Below are positions 1-9,840 of a DNA stretch of 64,000 bases, in pieces. The DNA lies in IMG/VR virus record IMGVR_UViG_3300031787_000001, positions 62,001 to 126,000 of that record; one strand, given 5' to 3'. How positions within the stretch are numbered: position 1 is the stretch's first letter; every line of letters begins with the position of its first letter. The translations under genes and the position numbers were made by a program. The notes under the pieces were generated by a model, which made no database searches, was not told the origin of the DNA, and saw nothing but the letters and a program-made list of their open reading frames with translations.

Positions 1-37
1 GAAGTAACGCTTGTTCTAAAACTGATTTTTCGGTCAT
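1..37 (-). CDS. 5' fragment of a gene running off the window (MTEKSVLEQALL...), probable prohead core/scaffold protein
   Basis: ATG at 37 on minus strand, TATTTATA motif at 56-63; lies directly downstream of the prohead protease as in T4-like gene order. Confidence 0.4.
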   Translation of the reverse strand, partial: MTEKSVLEQALL

Positions 38-117
38 TTGCGAATTTTATTTTTATATAAATACTTTGATTATATAGAAAATTTACTTTTAAGATATTAA
101 TATCAATAAAAAATTTA

Positions 118-801
118 CTATTTTGATAAAAATGTATCTAGTCTACCCATTAATTTTTTCATTCTATCATCAACAACAGGTTTTCTCTCAATTGTTTCTT
201 GATATTGTTCTCTGTCTTTTAAATCACTAAACACATATGCTCCGGGAGTCGATGGTGAGGAGACTAAGTCAAAACACACTAATTCAAAATCATCTTGTAC
301 TATGTTTTGTCCTTTTATATTTTTCAATGATCCTACACCTCTTGATGAAATACCTAAAGTGGCACCATTCATAATTAACATTGCCGCTTGATCACCTCTT
401 GTACTTACGATACCCATTTTTTTCCAACCTGGTGATGTAAATAATTTAATTTTACCCATTAACATTTTACCATCCCACCATGTTTCAATGATTGAATGTG
501 ATACTCTATCTAAATCAATTAATGAAGATGAGGGGTGATTTAATTCATTTAAAGCACCACCTTTTTTTATTAAAGATTGATATTTTTCATTTTCTCTTTT
601 TAATAAAACTTCAGGATAAATTCTACCATTTTTGTTTGGGGTATCGTATTTCTGTAAAACAGCAAAAAGGATAAGGTCTTGCGAAAAGTCCATATCCTTC
701 ATTTCTGAAATTATTTTTTTATTATCTTCTGGTGAGATATGGCCGGCATCATATTCTATTAATATACCATGTCCGGTTTCTTTTGGTCCTAATATCTTCA
801 T
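118..801 (-). CDS. prohead core protease (T4 gp21-like)
   Basis: motifs NKNGRIYP, ELNHP, RVSH, GISSRGVGS, FDLVSSPS; next to portal and terminase. Confidence 0.92.
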   Translation of the reverse strand: MKILGPKETGHGILIEYDAGHISPEDNKKIISEMKDMDFSQDLILFAVLQKYDTPNKNGRIYPEVLLKRENEKYQSLIKKGGALNELNHPSSSLIDLDRVSHSIIETWWDGKMLMGKIKLFTSPGWKKMGIVSTRGDQAAMLIMNGATLGISSRGVGSLKNIKGQNIVQDDFELVCFDLVSSPSTPGAYVFSDLKDREQYQETIERKPVVDDRMKKLMGRLDTFLSK

Positions 802-837
802 TTATAGTTTTTATACTATAAATACATCGATATCGTA

Positions 838-1263
838 CTATTTTTTTGTTTTATAAAAATTAAACAAGTTTTTATCTACCAATGATTCGTTAATTATTGT
901 TTTTATAATATCCGTAATTATTCTTTTTGTGTCTTTAGATTTAACATCAAATTTATTTTCAACATATAATGTTATTTCTAAATTCATAAAAGATCTTTTT
1001 TCTTTTTTTATTCCTTTGGTTCTTATGTCTAAATCTACAATAGATTGTGGTTTAAAATTTTGATGATTTAAATCGTATATTAATCTTTTTATATCTCTCC
1101 TTGTTTTAAAAATCACACTATCAAAGTCATCATTTTCATTATTTGGTTGTAACCAAGAATTTAATTTTAAATAAATTGTTTTTAGATTTTTAAAATCTAC
1201 GGTTCCATATCCGATCTTAACATCATCGTATGTTCCCAAAGGAATAAACTTTCCTGTCTTCAT
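838..1263 (-). CDS. hypothetical protein in head module
   Basis: 141 aa ORF co-oriented with head genes. Confidence 0.6.
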   Translation of the reverse strand: MKTGKFIPLGTYDDVKIGYGTVDFKNLKTIYLKLNSWLQPNNENDDFDSVIFKTRRDIKRLIYDLNHQNFKPQSIVDLDIRTKGIKKEKRSFMNLEITLYVENKFDVKSKDTKRIITDIIKTIINESLVDKNLFNFYKTKK

Positions 1264-1365
1264 TATTTTTTACATATTAAAAATATTTTATGGTGTAAAT
1301 AAAAAATATGAAAAATTATCCACAAAACCAAATTTTTTTTGTATATATGGGTATAATTATAAAAT

Positions 1366-1557
1366 ATGATTATTATTGATTTAACTAAAGAAAAAAATTT
1401 GGAGTCTGCGTTAAGAACCTATAAACATAAAGTTCAAAAAACAAAATTGATCCAAGAACTTAGAAAAAGAAAGGAGTTTGTAAAACCTTCGGTAGAAAAA
1501 AGAGATTTGAAATTAAAAGCAATCCACACCAGTAAAATTAAAAATGGTCTCGATTAA
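1366..1557 (+). CDS. rpsU: phage-encoded ribosomal protein bS21
   Basis: 63 aa basic protein with NLESALRTYK and ELRKRKEFVKPSVEKR matching the bS21 pattern; opposite strand within head genes, as known for bS21 phages. Confidence 0.88.
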   Translation: MIIIDLTKEKNLESALRTYKHKVQKTKLIQELRKRKEFVKPSVEKRDLKLKAIHTSKIKNGLD

Positions 1558-1572
1558 TCAAGACCATTTTTT
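1540..1572. terminator. bidirectional terminator-like palindrome over the overlapping stops of rpsU and the convergent ORF
   Basis: aaaaatggtct-cgattaatca-agaccattttt. Confidence 0.65.
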
Positions 1573-2306
1573 AATTCTTTAAGTTTATAGTAACCGTACT
1601 TTGTGGTTTCCGTTTTCATCACTTCAGTTTTCACATTATTTAATTTAGTTACTAATTCAACATCATCTTTTGATTCAAGAATAGTTGAATCTATTTTAGA
1701 TACTATGGATTCTTTTAAATTTTTAACTTTATCTTTAAGTTCATTTTCATTTAAAGAAACAATTTCTTTTAATTCTTTCTTTTCGTTTTCATTTAAAGAA
1801 TTGTCAAATATAGTGTTAAAATTATTTGTCAATACGGCGTGTAGTAAATTTTGATTTTTAATAAAAATGGAAGATTTATTTTCATTTACTGTTTTGTTTT
1901 TTTTTCCAGTTAAAAAATCAATTAATTTTTTCTTTGCGGATATTTTTTTGTCTATGTTTAATAGATTATCATTCTCAGACAATAGATCTAACATTTTATA
2001 AATCTCATTATTATCCTCAACTTGAACATCTTTTAATTCGACATCCAATTCTTCCATTATTTTATTTAGACTTTTTAAATTTTTTGATTTAAGTAATGAA
2101 CTTATTTGATCTACATATTCTTTAGCAACATCAAGATCTTCAATGTCTTTATTTTCGATGTCTTCATACAACAAATACAATTCCTTAAAATCTTTATTTT
2201 CTTTAATTGTACCTAATATGTCCTTTAATTCACCCTTGTTATTTTTAATATAAGAGTCTGTTATTTTTTTTAACAACTTCATCTTTAATGATCCAAAATT
2301 TTTCAT
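1554..2306 (-). CDS. hypothetical protein (helical, K/E/L/N-rich)
   Basis: 250 aa ORF directly downstream of portal. Confidence 0.65.
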   Translation of the reverse strand: MKNFGSLKMKLLKKITDSYIKNNKGELKDILGTIKENKDFKELYLLYEDIENKDIEDLDVAKEYVDQISSLLKSKNLKSLNKIMEELDVELKDVQVEDNNEIYKMLDLLSENDNLLNIDKKISAKKKLIDFLTGKKNKTVNENKSSIFIKNQNLLHAVLTNNFNTIFDNSLNENEKKELKEIVSLNENELKDKVKNLKESIVSKIDSTILESKDDVELVTKLNNVKTEVMKTETTKYGYYKLKELKNGLD

Positions 2307-2310
2307 TTTT

Positions 2311-4152
2311 TTAATCGTTTAATATATCTTTTATTTTATTTTCTATTTCATAAATATTCTCTTGTGCCTTATTAAAATTAAATAAATCATTTAAATCTTT
2401 TTTTTCATCACCTAACATACTTAAAATTTTACTTTTTTTACTTTTGTTTTCACCTTCGGATAGTGTCTCTCCTCCACCTCCACCGGCTGGTGGCGGCGGT
2501 GCTGCTGATGCTCCTCCACCCATATCCATTCCACCACCTCCAGGTGATTCACTACCCGCTGATCCAGACGCCTCTAATTTCTTCCTCTCTTCTTCCGGTA
2601 TACCGTATTTTCTATCAACTTCATCAAACACACCCGAACGTTTTATTATGTTCTGTGTATTTGTTAATTCAAATCCGATCGCTCTTTCAAGACGTTGTTG
2701 TTCTAAGTCTAATATAACTTCATTATCACTAAAACCTAAAATATTTTTCTTAGCCCAAGTATGTGAAACAGGTAAAATACCTATTTGTGATTGGTCGGAT
2801 GTTGCATCTTTATAAAGAGTTATTTTTTCTTTCCATTGTTCTATTTTTAACAAATCAGACTGAGAGGAAGGATTTGTTAAAGATAATTGGAAATTATGTA
2901 GTTCATCCTCCAAACCCACAAGTGATAGGTGTATTAATGCAATTTTATTTAATTCTTGAATTAATGATTTCTGTATTTTATTAATTGTTCTGGCAAATCT
3001 AATATCCATTAATGCCAAATTCTTACCATCCCCAACAACTTCCTCAAAACCTAAAAACGCCTTAGGAATTCTAAGTGCCGCCAACATTTTCTTTTGAATA
3101 TATTCAATATCGGCAATTTCACCTAAGTTCTGTGCTCCTGCCAATGTTTCAATTGGATTTGCGGCTGAAGGGTCACGAACGGGAATAAAATAATCTTGAT
3201 CAACGGCCATTTGATTATATCTCATATCGACTTGACCGTTTTTAGGATCAGGTACCGCTTGTCTTTTAAATTTATTTGCAACTCTTTGTACATATGGTTC
3301 GATATCCTTATCATCCATATTACCAACAAATATTTTAAATACACGTCTCTCAGGTGCTCTTGATGTTCTATAAATTAACATTGCGTCTTCCGCTAATAGA
3401 AGTTGTTTCCAAATTCTTCTAATTTTATCTAACATAGAGGTACCATATGGTAATTTTCTATCGTCACCCAATAACCTAAAATGAGCAATTTCCCAGGCTT
3501 GGAATTCCATGTCTTTATTTTTCCACTGAAATCTTAACTCTCTTGTTGGTATTTTAATATCTCTTTGATTTGGTGTTTTAGAAGACGCGCCTTCAATTCT
3601 TTCTATCTCTATGTTTGGTAATTGTTGACAACCAACAATACCATCTTTAGGGTCTATTTTAAGGTATACAAAATCATCACCATATTTACAAAGACCTCTC
3701 GTCCACATTTGTAGATTTGTTGCTATGTCTAACTTATTATTGAATAGATCTTGTAGTATGGATTTAACTCTATCTGATTCTGAATATATTGTTAAAATTT
3801 CACCTTTTTCTGATGGTGTCGTACTTTCTTCTGCGTATATATCCAATGCCGCGGAAATTTCGGGTGTGAATTCCATTGATTCATAATCATAATATGCGGC
3901 CAATCTATTTGGTTCATAATAAACAGATTGATTATATAATGATTGATCTAATTTAGCCCACTTATCTGCAATATATTGACTTTGTTGGGATTGTAATAAA
4001 GCCGAATCATATTCTTCTTTACTACTTGTTTTTAATAATTCTTCTTTAGAGAAATTAAATGACGGATTTTCTGGTTGAGTAGGTTTATTTTGACCAACAA
4101 AACCAAACATCTTGGTTAATTTCTGAAATACTGTAATATTTTGATCTGCCAT
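2311..4152 (-). CDS. portal protein (T4 gp20-like)
   Basis: LAEDAMLIYRTSRAPERRVFKIFVGN, QDYFIPVR, IETLAGAQNLGEIADIEY, ALRIPK motifs. Confidence 0.93.
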   Translation of the reverse strand: MADQNITVFQKLTKMFGFVGQNKPTQPENPSFNFSKEELLKTSSKEEYDSALLQSQQSQYIADKWAKLDQSLYNQSVYYEPNRLAAYYDYESMEFTPEISAALDIYAEESTTPSEKGEILTIYSESDRVKSILQDLFNNKLDIATNLQMWTRGLCKYGDDFVYLKIDPKDGIVGCQQLPNIEIERIEGASSKTPNQRDIKIPTRELRFQWKNKDMEFQAWEIAHFRLLGDDRKLPYGTSMLDKIRRIWKQLLLAEDAMLIYRTSRAPERRVFKIFVGNMDDKDIEPYVQRVANKFKRQAVPDPKNGQVDMRYNQMAVDQDYFIPVRDPSAANPIETLAGAQNLGEIADIEYIQKKMLAALRIPKAFLGFEEVVGDGKNLALMDIRFARTINKIQKSLIQELNKIALIHLSLVGLEDELHNFQLSLTNPSSQSDLLKIEQWKEKITLYKDATSDQSQIGILPVSHTWAKKNILGFSDNEVILDLEQQRLERAIGFELTNTQNIIKRSGVFDEVDRKYGIPEEERKKLEASGSAGSESPGGGGMDMGGGASAAPPPPAGGGGGETLSEGENKSKKSKILSMLGDEKKDLNDLFNFNKAQENIYEIENKIKDILND

Positions 4153-4204
4153 GTTTATAAATAGTCTTTTTATAAGATACGTGTTTTTTTTATCACTTTA
4201 AAGT

Positions 4205-5980
4205 TTATTTACGTTTAGTAAATAACCAAGAATATTCTTTATATATGTCTTTTCCAACATTCATTGTGTTATCTTTGTGATAAAAACTATTATCCATTGC
4301 TAATGCACCTATTGGGTCTAAAGTTGTTCCATATGAATAAAAAGTTTTATTGGCTTCATATGTTCTTTCGGATGATACCCAAGATTCTAACATTGCTTTA
4401 TTAGTTGAATCGGCTCTTTGTAATTGATTAAAACAAATTTCACCAGCATATAATGCCATGGATAGACTCATAATAGAATCATCGTGAGATCCCTTCATAT
4501 GGTCTGGTCTACCGTTTATGTAAACAAATGTGTTTAATTCATTTAGTAATCTATTTGATCTAACAATAAAACCTTTTCTTAGTTGTTCTTCAAATGATGC
4601 GACTATCTGGGTTCTTTTATTGTTAAAATTAATACCGGGAATTTTTTCCATCGCTTTCTTATTGTATTCCCAAATATTTTGTGTATTAATACCGTCAATA
4701 TAAATGTTTTTATAATTTAATTCTTGTAATTTTCTTGATGTTGCAACACCCATACCACCAGTTATATCCACAACCACAAAGGCGTTTCCATAAAGGATAC
4801 CCCATTTATAAACAATTGACGCTAAATCATCTGGTGGTATTTTACCAATATATTCTAACACCTGTTCTCTATCATCAAAATCAATAATATTGATCGAAGA
4901 AAAATCTTCACTATCACCTCTACTCACATCAACACCCATAATATAACGATGACCCTCAACTGGTTCTTTCCATTGCCAAAGTGTACCTTGCATGTACTTT
5001 TCCATTGGTTGTCTGATCATATTTTTTGCAATATTTTCTTGGGTTTCACTTGGAATAACACCATCACCTGAACCTAAAAAGTCACACTCCAATTCCTGTG
5101 CAATTTTACGTCTATCATATTTGAATTTTTTAGACATTGATTCAAACCAAGATGAAAATGGTTTATATCCTTGTTCTTCATATTCTCTATATTTTTCAAC
5201 ATCAAAATCATACATTACCACTTCATCATCATTATATTGTTCTCTATTCAACATATAATGACATATGTCAGCACATTTAACCCAACGTAAGTCTTTAGTG
5301 TAACGAGGGTCTTTAAACCATCTTAAATCTGTTATATGGAAATCATTTATACCACGTAACGCTTGGTCATAAACACCATAATAAATCGGATCATAACCAT
5401 TTGGTGTTGATATAAGAATAATCTTACCACCCGTAGATAGTGACGCCATAGATGCCGCCCAAAAGTCTTCTCCCGCTTCAATATATGCCGCCTCATCAAA
5501 TACAAGTATCGTTGGTGTGTAACCACGTAATGCATCCGCAGATGTCGCAACCGCTTTAACTTCACATCCATTATTTAATCTAAATCTACTTTCTGAGTTT
5601 TTATCAGGGTGAAAACCCACATTAATCCATTCTGGCCATTGATCCAAGAAATGTCTAACTTTATTGGCCATTTCAATCGCGGTATCTCTCTTATTCGCAA
5701 TAATCAGAACCCTTTCAGGATTTTCGGGTTTTGCGGTTTGGAGTTTTTTTGAAATCCAAGCGGCTGTTACTGTAGATACACCCGCCTGTCTATATTTTCT
5801 TGTTATATTTTCATTATAAGTTTCATAATCCTTAATCAATTGAACTTGATCAGGAAACAATTCTAAGGGTACGAATTTCTTTTGTGTATTATCATAAGTT
5901 GTTAAGTATGTTTTTAAGGCATACGGAGCATCTTTGATAATCTTAGCGTATTCTTTTAACTGTTCAATCTTTGTGTTCAT
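4205..5980 (-). CDS. terL: terminase large subunit (T4 gp17-like)
   Basis: KYRQAGVST (Walker A-like), LVFDEAA (Walker B), ISTPNG, nuclease motifs GVDVSRG and HDDSIMS. Confidence 0.93.
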   Translation of the reverse strand: MNTKIEQLKEYAKIIKDAPYALKTYLTTYDNTQKKFVPLELFPDQVQLIKDYETYNENITRKYRQAGVSTVTAAWISKKLQTAKPENPERVLIIANKRDTAIEMANKVRHFLDQWPEWINVGFHPDKNSESRFRLNNGCEVKAVATSADALRGYTPTILVFDEAAYIEAGEDFWAASMASLSTGGKIILISTPNGYDPIYYGVYDQALRGINDFHITDLRWFKDPRYTKDLRWVKCADICHYMLNREQYNDDEVVMYDFDVEKYREYEEQGYKPFSSWFESMSKKFKYDRRKIAQELECDFLGSGDGVIPSETQENIAKNMIRQPMEKYMQGTLWQWKEPVEGHRYIMGVDVSRGDSEDFSSINIIDFDDREQVLEYIGKIPPDDLASIVYKWGILYGNAFVVVDITGGMGVATSRKLQELNYKNIYIDGINTQNIWEYNKKAMEKIPGINFNNKRTQIVASFEEQLRKGFIVRSNRLLNELNTFVYINGRPDHMKGSHDDSIMSLSMALYAGEICFNQLQRADSTNKAMLESWVSSERTYEANKTFYSYGTTLDPIGALAMDNSFYHKDNTMNVGKDIYKEYSWLFTKRK

Positions 5981-5994
5981 ATACCTATAAATAC

Positions 5995-6022
5995 AAAAAA
6001 GGGAGGTAAAACCTCCCTTTTT
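5995..6022. terminator. intrinsic terminator
   Basis: aaaaaagggagg-taaaa-cctcccttttt. Confidence 0.8.
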
Positions 6023-6037
6023 ATTATCTTTACTTGA

Positions 6038-7357
6038 TTATGATAGATCAATACCTAAGCCACCAAGGAAATCTTTTAAATCATCATCATCAGTTTCATC
6101 TGAGATATCTGTAAGTTTATCGTCAAATTCACTCATCGATTCTTCATAATCATAATTTCTTATTTCCGCCTCTATAGAATCAACAATAATTTTCATTAAA
6201 TTTCTACCATTTTCTGATCCTGAAATAACTTCTTTCATGAATACTAAAAATTCTTTAGCTGGCTTTTTAACTATATGTGAAAATAACATTAATTGTATAT
6301 TCTTCTTATTTTCATCAGTTAACACATCTTCTGGTATTTGACTTCTAATTCTATCCCATATCGCTGGACCCAATCTTAAATCCCAAATTTCTTTTTCCAT
6401 TGTGTTTTCACTACTAATTACTCTTTGAGCAATTTCAGGATTACGCGATTGTCCTTTAATTGCAGCAATCACTTCAAAAGTACCTTTTATTAGTTCATGA
6501 ACCAATATTGGGAAATTCAATCCTTGTGCCATTACTTTTGGTGGATTTGAATTAGGGTCAATACTTTCTTTACCTCCAACCATATTACCACCACCTCCAC
6601 CACCCATGGAAGCTTTCATTTGTTGATCACTGACTTGCCAATATAATGTATCATTAATTGACATTAAAATACCATATTGATTAATTAATGATTCTGAACC
6701 GGTAATTTCTCTAATTTTATCTGTAACATAATGATACATATAATGACCTCTTTTCGATGCACCTTGTATCATACTACCAATTAGTCTTGCTTTAGCTTTT
6801 TCTAAATTTAATGTTTGTAAATCATCAAATAATTCCTGTTCAATTTCGACCTCTTCCATTTCAGGTTGTTGTTGACCCGGTTGATCTCTATTAAAGTCCT
6901 GAGTATCAATTTCACCCATACCAACAATTTTTGCCTCAAACTCAATGTCACCTTCCTCAATTCCAAATTCTTTCATGACCAAATCAATTGCCAATCTTTC
7001 TAATTCTTCTCTATGTTCTCTTTCGGTTTGAACAATTTCATTATGTGCCATCATCATGGTTTGCATTAATGGCATCATATTTTGCATACCAACCATTGGT
7101 GTTTGAATGTTAGTATATTGTCTAACTTTCTGAACAACTTGTTTATATCTCTCTGAAGCCAAAAGTTCCTGGAAATTTTGATTTGGTTCATTACCTGTTT
7201 TAGGTAAGGGAATTTTTTTCAAAGGAGTTTCACCTTGACTAAGTTTAGACTGTACACCAGAATCGGGCCTATCGGCAGAATCAAAATCCATTGCCATTTC
7301 TTCAATATTTTCTTTAACTAAAGATAGTAAATTTTTTTTGCTTATAACAATTTTCAT
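6038..7357 (-). CDS. hypothetical protein, probably virion-associated
   Basis: 439 aa acidic ORF; N-terminus MKIVISKKNLLSLVKE belongs to the recurrent N-terminal motif family. Confidence 0.6.
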   Translation of the reverse strand: MKIVISKKNLLSLVKENIEEMAMDFDSADRPDSGVQSKLSQGETPLKKIPLPKTGNEPNQNFQELLASERYKQVVQKVRQYTNIQTPMVGMQNMMPLMQTMMMAHNEIVQTEREHREELERLAIDLVMKEFGIEEGDIEFEAKIVGMGEIDTQDFNRDQPGQQQPEMEEVEIEQELFDDLQTLNLEKAKARLIGSMIQGASKRGHYMYHYVTDKIREITGSESLINQYGILMSINDTLYWQVSDQQMKASMGGGGGGNMVGGKESIDPNSNPPKVMAQGLNFPILVHELIKGTFEVIAAIKGQSRNPEIAQRVISSENTMEKEIWDLRLGPAIWDRIRSQIPEDVLTDENKKNIQLMLFSHIVKKPAKEFLVFMKEVISGSENGRNLMKIIVDSIEAEIRNYDYEESMSEFDDKLTDISDETDDDDLKDFLGGLGIDLS

Positions 7358-7358
7358 T

Positions 7359-8276
7359 TTATTTTTTCTTTTTCCCTTCTTTTATTGTTGATCCTGCTCT
7401 TGGACCGGGATTCGGAATCGGATTTGGGTCATCTTTTCTGAATGGATCTTTTCTTGGATCTTTTCTTGGTGGGGTTTTTTCACCCGGATCTTTTGTTGGT
7501 GTGGGTTTTGTTGAAGGTTCTTTTGTCGGTGCTGTTTCAGTTGATGTTATTGAATCATAAGTCATAAACTCAGGAATACCATTATGACCTTTATGACCTT
7601 TTTTAGCTTTTTTGGGCATAGGTATCATTGTTTCAGTTTCATTAAGTTTTCTTTGTAAAAGTTCCATGATTTCTCCTTTTGATGTGAATGGATGATAATT
7701 TGTTTCTGCTAAGTTATTAACCCATTCTGATATTTCATGATTTTCTTTTAACTTTTTTAAAGTCATAGCCAATTTTGCTCTTTGACCTAATTTACGACCT
7801 TCCTTAACTTCAGATTTTTTTGATCCTAACTTTTTAAAATCGGCAGAAGTTAATTTACCTTTAGGTTCAGCAACATCTAATTTTTTCTGATTACCTTTTA
7901 ACTCTTCTTTAACATCTTTTTTATTTCTCAATAATTTGAAATCTTCTTTATCTATTCTCTTATTTTTATTTTTATCTAAAGCAGATAATTGTTTTTGAGT
8001 AGGTTTCTTTTTCCCTTCTTTCATTTCTGTTTCCTTTGTTACTTGTATGTGACCTTGTTTAGAAATATCGGTAACTTTTTTAGGATCATTAATAATTGTA
8101 TTAATTTCTGCGGCGTCACTTGGATTACTCATACTGTAAACTTTAACTTGTTTAACAAGTGCTTCATTTAACATTCTATCACATAGTGATCTAAGTTGAT
8201 TATCACTAAAATTAACCAATGTTTTTGTGGAAAGACCCTCATTTACAAGTCTTTTAACCATTTCTGATCTTGTCAT
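7359..8276 (-). CDS. hypothetical protein with EF-hand/dockerin-like repeats and Pro/Thr-rich tail
   Basis: LDKNKNKRIDKEDFKLL and LDVAEPKGKLTSADFKKL repeats; PTKEPSTKPTPTKDP tail. Confidence 0.55.
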   Translation of the reverse strand: MTRSEMVKRLVNEGLSTKTLVNFSDNQLRSLCDRMLNEALVKQVKVYSMSNPSDAAEINTIINDPKKVTDISKQGHIQVTKETEMKEGKKKPTQKQLSALDKNKNKRIDKEDFKLLRNKKDVKEELKGNQKKLDVAEPKGKLTSADFKKLGSKKSEVKEGRKLGQRAKLAMTLKKLKENHEISEWVNNLAETNYHPFTSKGEIMELLQRKLNETETMIPMPKKAKKGHKGHNGIPEFMTYDSITSTETAPTKEPSTKPTPTKDPGEKTPPRKDPRKDPFRKDDPNPIPNPGPRAGSTIKEGKKKK

Positions 8277-8674
8277 ATTATTTTAATTTTTATTTCTTCA
8301 TTTATTAGGTGATAACCTCTTTCTTTTATTTTTTTTGTTACACTTTCTAATGTTTCTCCAAACTTAAATGTCAATCTTTCATCTTGACTTTCAGGATTGA
8401 ATTTTTCCCAACCTAATGCAACTACACCATCCACAGCATCAATAACTCCGAAATAATCGGAGTTTTGAACAAGTTCTAATTCTATGTCTGAATTTTTTAA
8501 AAGACCAACTAAGTCAATATATTCAACATCGGGAGACTTAGATTGTGTTGAAATTGATGCCGGTATAACAAACCATTCCTCTATGTCAAGTTCTGTAGAT
8601 TTACTGAAGATAAATTCATACTGTTTTTGACCTTTATAATCTGCACCAATTTCATTAACATAGATAAGTCTCAT
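8273..8674 (-). CDS. hypothetical protein
   Basis: 133 aa ORF overlapping the neighbour's start. Confidence 0.6.
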   Translation of the reverse strand: MRLIYVNEIGADYKGQKQYEFIFSKSTELDIEEWFVIPASISTQSKSPDVEYIDLVGLLKNSDIELELVQNSDYFGVIDAVDGVVALGWEKFNPESQDERLTFKFGETLESVTKKIKERGYHLINEEIKIKII

Positions 8675-8677
8675 ATT

Positions 8678-9772
8678 TTATTTAAAATATTTACTCAACG
8701 TCTCACCAATACTTTTGCTTATGTCAGCTTTTATTTCATCCATATCAATTTCAACCTCTAAAAGATCATCACTTTCAGAAACACCTAAATCATTGTAATC
8801 ATCTAAATTAACTTCATCTATTTCTTCATCAGTTGCGATCGGTGTATTTATGAAATTTTCTAATTTATCCATTGTTTCACCCAATTCTTCTTCCCCACTT
8901 TCCGGTGCTTGTGGAATTTCTTCCCCACCTTCTGGTGTTTGTGGAATTTCTTCCTCACCTTCTGGTGTTTGTGGAATTTCTTCCTCACGATCGAATTTTT
9001 TAGATATTTCCTCGATATCTTCATCCTCTAATTTATCTAAATCAACTGCCGATATTATCATGTTTAAAACATATTTAATATCGTCACTTTCCATTTTTTG
9101 TTTTTGATCTCTTAATTCTTGACCAAGTTTCCCTGAAAATTTTTGTACTTCAGCCATGTAATCTGAAGGTTTTCCTGATTCTCCACCTTCAGGTGCGAAT
9201 GGAACTTCTTCTCCACCTTCTGGTGCCATTGGAACTTCTTCTCCACCTTCTGGCGCCATTGGAACTTCTTCTCCGCCAGGAGTAGGTGCCCCACCTTCTG
9301 GTGCCATTGGTGCTTCAGGTGCCCCACCTTCTGGTGCCATTGGTGCTTCAGGTGCCCCACCTTCTGGTGCCGCTGGTGCGGGTGCCATTGGTGCTTCAGG
9401 TGCAGGTGCCCCACCTTCTGGTTTTTGTTTTAAAACGTATTTTGTTGCTTCTTGTAAATTTTCTTGACCAACAAGTAAATCCATTCTTTTCAACGCCTCA
9501 GCATATGAAGAAAATCTATTTTTGTTTTTCATGAACATTCCACCAATATAATCTAGTGAATTTTCATTTAAACCTTTTTTTACATAGTAACCGTCTCTTT
9601 CTTTTACGATACCATATACTCCATTACCAATAGATTCTTTAATCATTTCGGCTTTAGTGTTATTATTTGTTGATTTTTTGGGTGTACTATTATAGTAGGT
9701 TAATTCGAGAATTCTTTTTAATTTGTCATCTCCATTTAACTTTTCACTACCCAATGGTTTTAAATCTCCCAT
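8678..9772 (-). CDS. hypothetical acidic protein with tandem peptide repeats
   Basis: PEGGAPEAPMA, PEGGEEVPMA and EEIPQTPEG repeats. Confidence 0.65.
   Translation of the reverse strand: MGDLKPLGSEKLNGDDKLKRILELTYYNSTPKKSTNNNTKAEMIKESIGNGVYGIVKERDGYYVKKGLNENSLDYIGGMFMKNKNRFSSYAEALKRMDLLVGQENLQEATKYVLKQKPEGGAPAPEAPMAPAPAAPEGGAPEAPMAPEGGAPEAPMAPEGGAPTPGGEEVPMAPEGGEEVPMAPEGGEEVPFAPEGGESGKPSDYMAEVQKFSGKLGQELRDQKQKMESDDIKYVLNMIISAVDLDKLEDEDIEEISKKFDREEEIPQTPEGEEEIPQTPEGGEEIPQAPESGEEELGETMDKLENFINTPIATDEEIDEVNLDDYNDLGVSESDDLLEVEIDMDEIKADISKSIGETLSKYFK
8885..9420 (-). repeat. in-frame 30-33 nt tandem repeats
   Basis: repeated ccaccttctggtgcc and gtggaatttcttcc units. Confidence 0.8.
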
Positions 9773-9840
9773 GTTTTTTGTTTAATAAATATAATTATTC
9801 TTATCCTATAAATACAAGGATATATTAAAAAAATTGTTGT

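Noticed and set aside
8885-9420. CRISPR-like periodic repeats
   Set aside because: In-frame coding repeats without unique spacers; no cas genes in the window.
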